A stretch of 64,000 nucleotides of DNA. Source: a bacterium (GTDB lineage Bacteria > Krumholzibacteriota > Krumholzibacteriia > LZORAL124-64-63). Of the stretch, positions 9,461-18,288 are shown piece by piece. The notes beneath the pieces are model-generated. The model saw only the letters and a list, made by a program, of their open reading frames with translations, was not told the DNA's origin and did not search any database. The stretch lies in contig JADJCK010000004.1 of NCBI GenBank assembly GCA_016703265.1, forward strand, positions 205,520-269,519, read 5' to 3'. Positions within the stretch are counted from its first letter, which is position 1; the number at the start of each line of letters is the position of its first letter. The position numbers and the translations under genes are program-made.

Positions 9461-10204
9461 TTACGCTCCGAACACCGGCTCAGAGGCATCTTCGACGATC
9501 TTGGGCACCGGCGCTTCCTGGGAGCGCAGGAACTTCCTGGCCTGGTCGAGGAAGCCATACATCTCCTTCGCTTGCCCAGGTATCTGACGAACCATGTCGG
9601 GTACGTCATGCGCGAGGAGGTTGGCAAACGGCCCTATGTACTTGGCTTCCAATACCGCCTGCACGGGGTTGCTCTTGACGCGCTCCAAAGCGACGGGTCC
9701 CGTGCTGGCGACCTTCTGAACCGTCTTTACGGCGGCCACATCAGCAACGACGGCCTGGACCAGTGACTCAAGTGAAGCACCCAAGGACTTCAGTGATTCG
9801 GCGCTGGCCTTTTCCTTCATGTTCTGGGCCTCGACGATTGCTTCGTCGCCATTGATCTTGATTCTCTCTTCGACCTTGCGGACCTGGACGTCCTTCTCCT
9901 TCGTGTCGGGTATCGCCACCGCGGCATCCAGTTCGGCCTGAAGGTCGGCGGCATCCTTCTTTCGTCCGACTGCGGCCACGAGCGAGATCCGGGATTGCGA
10001 CAGGGCGACGGAACCGGCTGTCAGCACGGCGTGGGAGGCGGTGACGTCGTCGATGAGGGGCTTGAGTTCGGACGACCTTCCGCTGTTGGGAAGCACTTTG
10101 TTTGGGTCGATTTTCGTTATCTTTTCCATGGTGGCGCACCCGCCAATCGCGCCCAGTACCGAAATCACTACGCCGAACATGACCATCCTGTTCACGATCT
10201 TCAT
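9461..10204 (-). CDS. alpha-helical lipoprotein, hypothetical
   Basis: ATG at 10204 (MKIVNRMVMFGVVISVLGAIGGC, lipobox). Start overlaps the stop of the upstream gene. Confidence 0.6.
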   Translation of the reverse strand: MKIVNRMVMFGVVISVLGAIGGCATMEKITKIDPNKVLPNSGRSSELKPLIDDVTASHAVLTAGSVALSQSRISLVAAVGRKKDAADLQAELDAAVAIPDTKEKDVQVRKVEERIKINGDEAIVEAQNMKEKASAESLKSLGASLESLVQAVVADVAAVKTVQKVASTGPVALERVKSNPVQAVLEAKYIGPFANLLAHDVPDMVRQIPGQAKEMYGFLDQARKFLRSQEAPVPKIVEDASEPVFGA

Positions 10205-11820
10205 TTCATACCTTCCTGACGGCTTGCGAACACATATTTGATGTTGTTGAATAGGCTGGAGTCTTCTTCGAGAGGCGGAAGACCGGGCTCGTCGCCCAAG
10301 GTTTCTTGGAACTTCCGCTTGAACATCGTGATGCGCCCCTTGTAGGTCAGGTAGACCGTCAAGTGTGCGCTGGCGCGATCCCACTTGCGCTCATCAACGT
10401 CCGATACTGCCGGGGTCTGGTCCAATTGAGCGACCAGAGCGTTCTTGGCCGTCGGACTGGGAACGTCCTCAATCTCCAGAACCAGATGCACGCCATTTTC
10501 GTCGCGTTCGCGAAAATACGTGTGCAGCTGTTCAGCAAGGCGCAACCCGGCCACGGCCCCCAGGCGGGTGGCAGCCCGAAAAGCCGAGCCCTGTGCGGTA
10601 CGATCCGTGCCCGACTCCTGCACGGCGGTCGAGGACAGAATCTCGCCGGAGAAGCAATCGACGATCTTGATCGCCAGCTGGGCTGTCGACCAGTGCATGC
10701 CGTCGTCGGTGACCCCTTCGTAGAGAATGGATGTCGAGCCGACCATTACGGCATCGGCGCCGTACCGCTCACCGGCTACGAGAGCGAACGCGCGCGCATT
10801 CAGATCATTGTCGACCTGGCCAGCCAGGTTCCCTTCGCCGCCGATAAGATACTCGCGGACGGCAATCGTCTCTTCGCTCGAAAGCAGTCGGATGTCGCGT
10901 TCGAGCAGCTTCTCCGAGATTGCGGCGGCACTAGCCGGATCCTGGTTGCGGAACTTCACCGATTCCGGAGGAAAGTATTCGACGCACTTCATGGAGAACG
11001 CTGCCGCATTCATGGAATGTTCGAAATGACTTTCCGTCTGCGCCTCTGCGCTGGCGCCCGGCTTCGACGCCGGCTTGAATTTCCGCAAGCGCTCCATCTC
11101 CGGAATCTCTTTGAGGGCCGGCGCCTGGCGCGGGAACGTTACCTGCGTCCAGCCGGCCGGCAAGGTCCGTGGCGCCTGCGAACCGGCTTGGCCGTCGCGA
11201 CCATTCCGACTGGGCGTCGCGGAACCACCTTCGGCCGGCGTGTTTTTCACATTCAGGTTACCTTTGGAGCTTCCCTCGGTGTGTTCGCTCTGAATCTCTC
11301 CATTCACGACAACGATGCGCTTGACGGGCGGTGTCGCGTCAGGAGCTATATCCGCCTGGAAGTACTCATCGACCAGGACCATGATCGATCGCCGCGATAC
11401 GCGGCCATCCTCGAGACCAGTGCCCTTAATTACTTCTCGGATCTTGTCCATGTTCACTTCACAGGTGATTGTGATGCGGTAGATCTTGTTCTGGTCGTTC
11501 TGGTCGCCCACGATGCGCACATCTTCGACATATCCGGCGGCGGCGCGCAGAATCCTCGTCTCGATGACGTCACGCTGGGACTCAAAGGTCGTCTCACTGA
11601 CATAGCTGCGAACTGCCAGCTCAAGGGCATCGCGGACGGCCGCCGTGCGTGCCGCCTCGAAGGCGCTGTCAATGCTTTCGCGCTTCTTGTTCTGGATCGG
11701 GGCCTCCCCGTACCCCGTGCAGGGCTTGAACTCCGCCCATGCAGCGGCCGGCAAGCCCAGCAGCAGAGCGACCAGCGCGATGCGGACGGTCCAGGTTTGA
11801 CGGTACTTCGGAATGCTCAT
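10201..11820 (-). CDS. secreted hypothetical protein (539 aa)
   Basis: Signal peptide MSIPKYRQTWTVRIALVALLLGLPAAAWA. First gene of the minus-strand operon 6822..11820. Confidence 0.6.
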   Translation of the reverse strand: MSIPKYRQTWTVRIALVALLLGLPAAAWAEFKPCTGYGEAPIQNKKRESIDSAFEAARTAAVRDALELAVRSYVSETTFESQRDVIETRILRAAAGYVEDVRIVGDQNDQNKIYRITITCEVNMDKIREVIKGTGLEDGRVSRRSIMVLVDEYFQADIAPDATPPVKRIVVVNGEIQSEHTEGSSKGNLNVKNTPAEGGSATPSRNGRDGQAGSQAPRTLPAGWTQVTFPRQAPALKEIPEMERLRKFKPASKPGASAEAQTESHFEHSMNAAAFSMKCVEYFPPESVKFRNQDPASAAAISEKLLERDIRLLSSEETIAVREYLIGGEGNLAGQVDNDLNARAFALVAGERYGADAVMVGSTSILYEGVTDDGMHWSTAQLAIKIVDCFSGEILSSTAVQESGTDRTAQGSAFRAATRLGAVAGLRLAEQLHTYFRERDENGVHLVLEIEDVPSPTAKNALVAQLDQTPAVSDVDERKWDRASAHLTVYLTYKGRITMFKRKFQETLGDEPGLPPLEEDSSLFNNIKYVFASRQEGMK

Positions 11821-12062
11821 AGCGAATCACCTTCCCGCGGCAGCGCGGCATGGGTTCGTGGACTGCAGCTCCTCGATCGGGCTGCGGCTTTCAACTGGTA
11901 CAGATGTCGCGCGCAGGCCTGACGTGTGACGGGATACCGGGCGCGAATCATGAGGGGATCAGGTTATCAGATCGAGCCTGCTCGGGGAATCCCTACGGAT
12001 GCGTTCGTGCGCATTGGTGATCGCGTGAGCCCACTTCGTTGACCTGTTATACATCTGCGTGT

Positions 12063-14804
12063 TTATGTTGTCTTTTGGTGCGCCTTACTCCGGCGTCCGT
12101 CCACGCCAACTACCGCGCGAAGCCTGGCATAGGCCAGGATGAGGAAGGTCAACGTGAAAGCAATGAGGACCAGTTCATTCCGCATTAGCGACTCCCCGGC
12201 CAGCGCAAAATCGGGCGGCGACAGAGAGGGCGGGATGGGGCTGCCGTCTACTGGCGCAGGCGTTGCGGGTGCTCGGGAAAGGGCGAAACCGTTGGCGATG
12301 TCCAATCGCTTCAGCAGCGCAAGCATTGACCACTTGAGGGGCGTCAAGAGCGCCAAGACATGTTCCAGCGGCTGTGACCTGACTTCACCGTAGGGCTTGA
12401 GATACCCGGACAACATGAGCTGCGGCACGACGAGCAGAGGAACGAACGAAATGGCGGCAACCTCTGTGGCTACTGCTGCCGAGACGAGCAAGCCCAGTGC
12501 CGCGCCGCACACGGACGTTGTGAACAGCAGACACAGGCCAGCGGGAAGAGTCTCCAAACCAAGCCCGATCCACGGCCAGGTAATGACCACCAGTACCGCT
12601 GTTTGCAACGTCACCAACAGGAGTTGCGGCAGCAACGAAGAGATGAGGTATGCGAGCGTCGAAAGACCCGTCATTCGTTCGCGCATGAAGACAGCGCGCT
12701 CGGCGACGAGTTCGCGGGCGGCATTGCTGCAGCCGAGCCACATGGACACGGCAGACAGCAGGAACATCGCCGGCACCTTGTCTTTCACCAGATCAGACGC
12801 GTCGCCTGGACCGAGACCTGCAAAGATGATCCCGATCAGGAGCGCAATAAACGGCGCCTGTCCCAACTGGAGCCATAGCGCAGCGCGATCTCGACGTCGC
12901 CTGATCAGGCTACGTGCCACCAGACCTGGGATCTGGATCCAGCCGGGTGCGCGCGGCGCCCGACGCGGCTGCGGACAGCTCTGCCGGTAGTGATCAAGAT
13001 CACTCTGCCTTTGTTTGACGAAGGTCTGGAACGTGTCACTCTGGAGATAGGCTTGTCGCCATTCCTCCGGGTCCTGACGCAGTTCTTCTTTTCCGGGCTC
13101 AAGACAGTCCAGCAGGTAGTCGGCCGGATTGACGCCCGGGCGCAGAGGCAGGTGTCCATGCGAGGAGAGATGCTCGACCGCCGCCGTTCCGGAATTCCCG
13201 AAATAGGCCAGCTTCCCGTTCTTGGCGAGCAGAATCAACTTGTCCATCAGTTCGAACACTTCACGGCGGGGCTGGTGAATCGTCACGACGATCGTCTTCC
13301 CCGAGTCGGCGAGGTCCCGTAGGATCTGCATCACCTCAAGCGCTGCCGTGGCGTCAAGACCGGAGGTGGGCTCGTCGAGGAATATCAGGGGCGGCTCGGT
13401 GACGAGTTCGAGTGCGATATTGACGCGCTTGCGTTGACCACCGGAGATTCCTCGTATCCGCTCGCCACCGATCAACGAGTCGCGCACGTGCGCCAATCCC
13501 ATGCGCGTGAGGAGGCGGTCCACGTGGGCGCGCATCTCACCGTCGGGAAGTTGAAGTCTCTGTCGCGCGGTAAAGTAGATCGTCTCGAATACCGTCAAAT
13601 CGCGGTGCATGATGTCTTCCTGGGGAACGTAGCCCATGCGGTCACGAACCGCATCCAGGTTCTCCTCAAGATCGTATCCATTGATCAGAACCTGTCCGCT
13701 CGACGGCGATCGCTGTCCGGTGAGCAGTTCCAACAGCGTGGTCTTTCCGGACCCCGAAGGTCCCATGAGTGCGACCAGCTCACCGGGATAGATACTCAAT
13801 GAAACGGCGTCGAGAATACGTTTGCGCTCGCGGCCGGTATCGATTTCGCGACATACATTGATGGCATCCAGGCGTACGGCGCTGTGATGGGGACGGATCG
13901 CGTCACCGGCCCGACCAGAGAGCCGTATCCGCACAGGACCGAGCGCCAATTCGTCAGCGGCCCCGATGACGGCCTGGCGGATCGGGTCCCCATTGACAAA
14001 GGTCCCGTTGCTGCTGCCTAGATCGTGAACCTCCCAGGCGCCACCCCGAGCGACGATGCGCGCGTGGTGCCAGGACACCAGGGGATCGTCAACGACGACA
14101 TCGCATTCCGGGGCCCGACCAAGGAGCACTTCGCCGTCGGTGGGTACGGTGGCAGTGAACGCGGTCGAATCCACCCCGGCCTTGGGCATTGCCAATTGCT
14201 GGGTCCAGGCGGCAATCGTCGCCGGTGGAATTCGATACGACCCCAGCGTCAGGTTGCTGCCGGTCGGAATCTCCAGCGGGGATGTCGCCGGCACCCCATT
14301 GACCTGGGTTCCGTTCTTGCTGCCGAGGTCAAGGACCAGCAACCGGCCGTCCTCGGTCCAGATCTCGGCATGTCGCGCGCTGACATCCGGATAGGGAACA
14401 ATCAGGTCCGCCGGGGGTTCGCGGCCGATCGTTAGCCGTGCACCCGAAGGTGCGGTGAGTAGCTTCGCGACGATATTTCGAATCTCGAACGGCCGGATGC
14501 CGATCTGGATGACTTCGTTGAGTCCGACGGTAGTCTCGGTAATGCGCCGGCCGGCCACGAAGGTCCCATTCGTGCTGTCCAGATCCTTGACGATATAGCG
14601 GCCGGGCGCCCTATCGCGCCGGATTTCGAGATGCTGCCTTGAGATATGGCGGTCTTCGAGAACAACATCGCAACCTTCACCACTACCGACCAGGAGCGCG
14701 GCCACGGGCGCCTCGATTTGGCCTGCGCCGGAAACGTCGCTGCCGCACCGTGCGCAGCGACCGGCATTGGCTGGAACGCGCGCATTGCAAGTGGGGCAAT
14801 GCAT
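12063..14804 (-). CDS. zinc-ribbon + three FHA domains fused to an ABCG/White-type ABC transporter (ATPase + ABC-2 permease), Rv1747-like
   Basis: N-terminus MHCPTCNARVPANAGRCARCG. Three FHA motifs (...SRQHLEI...DLDSTNGTFV; ...ARHAEI...LGSKNGTQV; ...WHHARI...LGSSNGTFV). Walker A GPSGSGKT, signature ISGGQRKR, Walker B IFLDEPTSGLD. C-terminal six-helix ABC-2 membrane domain. Confidence 0.85.
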   Translation of the reverse strand: MHCPTCNARVPANAGRCARCGSDVSGAGQIEAPVAALLVGSGEGCDVVLEDRHISRQHLEIRRDRAPGRYIVKDLDSTNGTFVAGRRITETTVGLNEVIQIGIRPFEIRNIVAKLLTAPSGARLTIGREPPADLIVPYPDVSARHAEIWTEDGRLLVLDLGSKNGTQVNGVPATSPLEIPTGSNLTLGSYRIPPATIAAWTQQLAMPKAGVDSTAFTATVPTDGEVLLGRAPECDVVVDDPLVSWHHARIVARGGAWEVHDLGSSNGTFVNGDPIRQAVIGAADELALGPVRIRLSGRAGDAIRPHHSAVRLDAINVCREIDTGRERKRILDAVSLSIYPGELVALMGPSGSGKTTLLELLTGQRSPSSGQVLINGYDLEENLDAVRDRMGYVPQEDIMHRDLTVFETIYFTARQRLQLPDGEMRAHVDRLLTRMGLAHVRDSLIGGERIRGISGGQRKRVNIALELVTEPPLIFLDEPTSGLDATAALEVMQILRDLADSGKTIVVTIHQPRREVFELMDKLILLAKNGKLAYFGNSGTAAVEHLSSHGHLPLRPGVNPADYLLDCLEPGKEELRQDPEEWRQAYLQSDTFQTFVKQRQSDLDHYRQSCPQPRRAPRAPGWIQIPGLVARSLIRRRRDRAALWLQLGQAPFIALLIGIIFAGLGPGDASDLVKDKVPAMFLLSAVSMWLGCSNAARELVAERAVFMRERMTGLSTLAYLISSLLPQLLLVTLQTAVLVVITWPWIGLGLETLPAGLCLLFTTSVCGAALGLLVSAAVATEVAAISFVPLLVVPQLMLSGYLKPYGEVRSQPLEHVLALLTPLKWSMLALLKRLDIANGFALSRAPATPAPVDGSPIPPSLSPPDFALAGESLMRNELVLIAFTLTFLILAYARLRAVVGVDGRRSKAHQKTT

Positions 14805-15044
14805 GGGCTCACCCTTTCTCGTCTCGGTTCAGGTGCCGCTACCGGGCAAGAGCGGCGCGGATCGTAGTGTCCGTAATACGGGCTATAGCCGTTTGCTTGG
14901 CGAGTAGGATTCCATATTGACCGTGTCCCGTCAACGCGAATGGGCGCCGCGAACGGCCAGCACTGTCTGGGGCTCTGCCGGGGCACACATTCATTGATAC
15001 TGTCGTGATCGTCATCCCCTGCAGGATCGCGACAGTTGGTGCGA

Positions 15045-15440
15045 TCATGCGCTCGGGGAAACGATTCCAGGAACAACAACGCCGGACTGAGATTCCTGAT
15101 ACGGGAAGGGCTGGTCTCCCCGGACCTGCGCCACGCCGGCATAGTCGGCCCGATTCCGCTTCCCCGCCCGGATCGGCAGCAGCATAAGGCCGATGGTTCC
15201 GGCTATCGCGCCATACCGGAAGTACCGCCAGAACCGGGCACGGGAGAAAGTAGCGCTGCGTTCCAGCGCGCCACGAAGCTCCAGCGCGACGGGATCGTCC
15301 GCATCGCGAAGGCTCAGAACACCGGGCTCCATGGCGATGAGAATGTGCAGGTCCCTTGTATGCGCCCGCGACGCCGCCGACGCGCTGCAGAGACAGAACA
15401 TGCTCGTGGCGATGAAGAGAAGGGATATCATCCGTACCAT
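15045..15440 (-). CDS. small secreted/membrane hypothetical protein
   Basis: ATG at 15440 (MVRMISLLFIATSMFCLCSASAASRA signal peptide). Lies within the longer ORF 15045..15767. Confidence 0.4.
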   Translation of the reverse strand: MVRMISLLFIATSMFCLCSASAASRAHTRDLHILIAMEPGVLSLRDADDPVALELRGALERSATFSRARFWRYFRYGAIAGTIGLMLLPIRAGKRNRADYAGVAQVRGDQPFPYQESQSGVVVPGIVSPSA

Positions 15441-15538
15441 AGTGGCGTCCTCGTCATGGTTCTTGCCGCCAGGGACCTGGTGGCCCCGCAAGGGCCGTCG
15501 AGAGGCCCCTGCGGAGCGGGTTGAGGCAATGACATTTG

Positions 15539-16102
15539 CTAGCTGCCGAGCGCGAACTTCACACCGGCGCGCACGCAGGTCTGCGTCCAGTCCCAGACGG
15601 TGCGGTAACGCAGTTCGGCGAAGTACGAGGTGCGGGCCTCGCTGTTGATATTGACGCCGCCGAGCAGATCGATACCGATGCGGGAATCGGACACGGAATC
15701 GCTTTCGCCACCACCCGAGATCTCGGAACTGAGGAAGTGCATGCCCAGTCCGGCGCCAACGTACCAACGGGCCGGCGCGCCAACCTCACCGAGTTCGTAC
15801 TTCGCCGTGCCGCCGATGGCCACATCGCTGAGCGACCACTTCAAGCTCTCTTCGTAGTAGTAGTCGTATCCCGCGTCCCAACTCTTGGACCACAGATCGA
15901 TATTGGCCTCGAGGCGGATGTTCTCGCTGATGTAGCCGAGGTCCACCATGCCTCCGAAGCCGATCGTGCTGCCGGCCTGGATATCGACCAGCGCGACATT
16001 GGCGCCCAATCCGCGGAAGCCAATGTTCGTTTCCGCCTGGGCTTCCCCGGACAGGATCGCCAACGAGATCGCGACCGCACCGGCAATAATGTACCGCTTC
16101 AT
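15539..16102 (-). CDS. small outer-membrane beta-barrel protein (OmpW/OmpA-like fold)
   Basis: ATG at 16102 with GGAGG Shine-Dalgarno. Signal peptide MKRYIIAGAVAISLAILSGEAQA, alternating amphipathic beta strands, C-terminal aromatic residue. Confidence 0.6.
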   Translation of the reverse strand: MKRYIIAGAVAISLAILSGEAQAETNIGFRGLGANVALVDIQAGSTIGFGGMVDLGYISENIRLEANIDLWSKSWDAGYDYYYEESLKWSLSDVAIGGTAKYELGEVGAPARWYVGAGLGMHFLSSEISGGGESDSVSDSRIGIDLLGGVNINSEARTSYFAELRYRTVWDWTQTCVRAGVKFALGS

Positions 16103-16727
16103 GACATTCCTCCGTCTTGAATCGTGGTTTAGGAATCTCGCAGAACCCGCGGCTGGCCGCTTTCTGTGCCCTGCACGTATGTGGAGTCGGGCGGCTGCCA
16201 ATCGTGTGACATGGAACTTGCGGCAGTACTGCGCGCCATCTGGCAGTGTCAACTGGCGGTATGAGCTGGTGGTGCGATCTGGCCGCGCTGGCTCGCGCCG
16301 TCCGCGATTCACTGCACCGAAAGGGAACATGGGACCACGCGCTGTGCGGGCAGCGATGAAGATCCATGAATGTGACCCGACGCGCACCGGGTTCATTGCT
16401 TGTTGAAACTTCAGATCATTGTCGCCAAGGTCAGCGCAATTTGGCCGAATAGAAGTGCCTGAGGGCCCACGGCGACTACGTCACCGGACCATTCAGTACT
16501 GCCGGAGATCGGCGTCGACTTCGCACAAGATCGGGCAGAGCGGCTCCGGATAGGCGCGGGCGGCCGGTCGCGGACGAACCGGATTATGTTGTGAGATCGA
16601 GTTGTACCTCTTGATGGCGAGTGGCTTGATCTTACGTGCGCTTATTTGTGCTATTAGGCACCGCCCTTCCAACTGCAATCCCAATGAAATCGAAGGCGAC
16701 CCGGCGATCGGGGCGTAAGCTCCCCCG

Positions 16728-17555
16728 TCAAGTGGACAGTTCGAAGTTAGAGTTTTCGGCTTCCCATCTCTCCCTGAAGACCGACGGCGGTACCTTGCCA
16801 AGGCTGTCGTGCGGTCGCTCCTCGTTGTAGTCGAGCATCCAGTTCCAAGCCAGCTCCCGCACCTGGTCAAGGTCGTCGAACAGGTATGCGCTGAGCAGTT
16901 CGTCACGGAACGTCTTGTTGAACCTTTCGATGTATGCGTTCTGGTTCGGCTTTCCGGGCTGGATGTACAGGATCTCAACGCCGTTCTGCTCGCACCAGTT
17001 CACAAACGGCTGACTCAGCAGCTCTGGCCCGTTGTCGCACCGGATGGCATCCGGCACGCCGCGCCAGCTCTTGATTACGTCCAGGGTCCGCACGACTCTT
17101 TCGCCGGGCAGCGACGTGTCGATCTCGATCCCCAAGCACTCGCGCACGCCTTCGTCCAGCACATTCATCGTTCGGAAGCAGCGCCCGCAGTACAACGTGT
17201 CGTGCATGAAGTCGAGTGCCCAGATTCGGTTCGGTTCTGCTGGAACAACTAAGGGCTGACGCGGCCGGTCGCCCAGCCGCTTCTTCGTCCGCCGTCGGTG
17301 ATTCATGCCCAGCTCGCAGTACACGCGGTAGATCCGCTTGTGATTCCAGGGCCGACCATCCAGCCGCAGGCGGTCTCGGTACTTCCAGAAGCCGCGACGC
17401 GGGTGCCTCTCTGCCAGGTCCTGCAACGCATCAATGACCTCGGCGTCGCGCACCAATCGATCCTGCGGCGCCTTGTACCAGGCCGAACGCGACAGCCCGA
17501 TCGCGGCGCAGGCACGGCTCACGGAAAATTTCTGCTCGGCCACCGGATACCTCAC
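16728..17555 (-). CDS. IS3-family transposase OrfB (DDE/rve integrase core)
   Basis: 275-aa ORF with the DDE motif context (ALDFMHD...CDNGPE...NAYIERFNKTFRDE). Normally expressed as an OrfAB fusion by -1 frameshifting. Confidence 0.85.
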   Translation of the reverse strand: MRYPVAEQKFSVSRACAAIGLSRSAWYKAPQDRLVRDAEVIDALQDLAERHPRRGFWKYRDRLRLDGRPWNHKRIYRVYCELGMNHRRRTKKRLGDRPRQPLVVPAEPNRIWALDFMHDTLYCGRCFRTMNVLDEGVRECLGIEIDTSLPGERVVRTLDVIKSWRGVPDAIRCDNGPELLSQPFVNWCEQNGVEILYIQPGKPNQNAYIERFNKTFRDELLSAYLFDDLDQVRELAWNWMLDYNEERPHDSLGKVPPSVFRERWEAENSNFELST

Positions 17556-17578
17556 GGCTTCTCTCTGCTCTGGTGGCC

Positions 17579-17844
17579 TCAGAGTTTTTTTGAGATCAAG
17601 TTTTTCAGGCCATCGTTCTCCAGGCTCAAATCGGCGTACATCCGCTTGAGCTTGGCGTTCTCGGCCTCGAGCTCCTTGACTCGCCTCAGCTCAGAAGCAT
17701 CCATGCCCCCGTACTTGGATTTCCAGCGATGGAAGGTCGCGGGGCTAATCCCTGCTTCCGGCAGATGTCCTGGACCTTTAGCCCAGCATCGGCCTCACCC
17801 AAAATCCCGATGATCTGGGTCTCCGTGAAATCGGACTTCTTCAT
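17579..17844 (-). CDS. IS3-family transposase OrfA (HTH), carrying a non-programmed 1-bp frameshift
   Basis: MKKSDFTETQIIGILGEADAGLKVQDICRKQG then a frame break at the CCC run near 17750. The other frame continues ISPATFHRWKSKYGGMDASELRRVKELEAENAKLKRMYADLSLENDGLKNLISKKL and ends at the A7 slippery site. Confidence 0.6.
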
Positions 17845-18288
17845 CAGAACCTCCTGGTCGATTATGCCAGAAAGCTCTACTTCTCAACTGTCTGAATTTT
17901 GGGGGAGCTTACGGGGGCTCTTGCCATGTCTGCAACGATGGTGCTCGGCTCATTTCGGGCGGTTCGTCCACTGCGTATGGTGGTATTGGCCACGAGGTGC
18001 GCTGATGCCAGCTTGCAGAATATCACCTGCAGGTGTGCATATGCGAGACGGCGGTACCCCAGCGCGCGATTGTCGTCATGCACATTTCACCCGGACGCGC
18101 ACCGGGCGTTCGCTGTCTCGCGTGCATCCCGCTGACCGATGTGTATAATCCCGAGCGCTCTGCCGCTGCCCTTTGTGTACCGTAATTGGTGACTTCGTTC
18201 CGGGCATGGGGATTGGCGACAGTGACGAGATCGCCTGCGCGGAGCCAACCTGACGCACGCGCCGCAAACGGGAATCGAGCTGAACGAC

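Larger units (their letters stand above)
16714..17913 (-). mobile_element. IS3-family insertion sequence (~1.2 kb) with 13-bp perfect terminal inverted repeats and GGG(G) flanking duplication
   Basis: Terminal repeats CGTAAGCTCCCCC at 16714-16726 and its reverse complement at 17901-17913, extending imperfectly to about 40 bp. orfA/orfB arrangement with an A7 slippery run at 17584-17590. Confidence 0.8.

Noticed and set aside
10306-11922. 538-aa +strand ORF overlapping the secreted-protein gene 10201..11820
   Set aside because: Low-complexity Arg/Gly/Ala translation. The opposite-strand gene has a signal peptide and operon context.
14805-15044. Several 60-240-aa ORFs (e.g. 14432..15142, 14639..14920) between the ABC gene and the small secreted-protein gene
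   Set aside because: They overlap a confirmed gene or sit in a short GC-rich intergenic stretch; no motifs or start context.
16493-16978. 161-aa minus-strand ORF crossing the left IS3 terminus
   Set aside because: It runs across the IS inverted repeat into flanking DNA in a frame other than orfB. It is an artefact of an open GC-rich frame.
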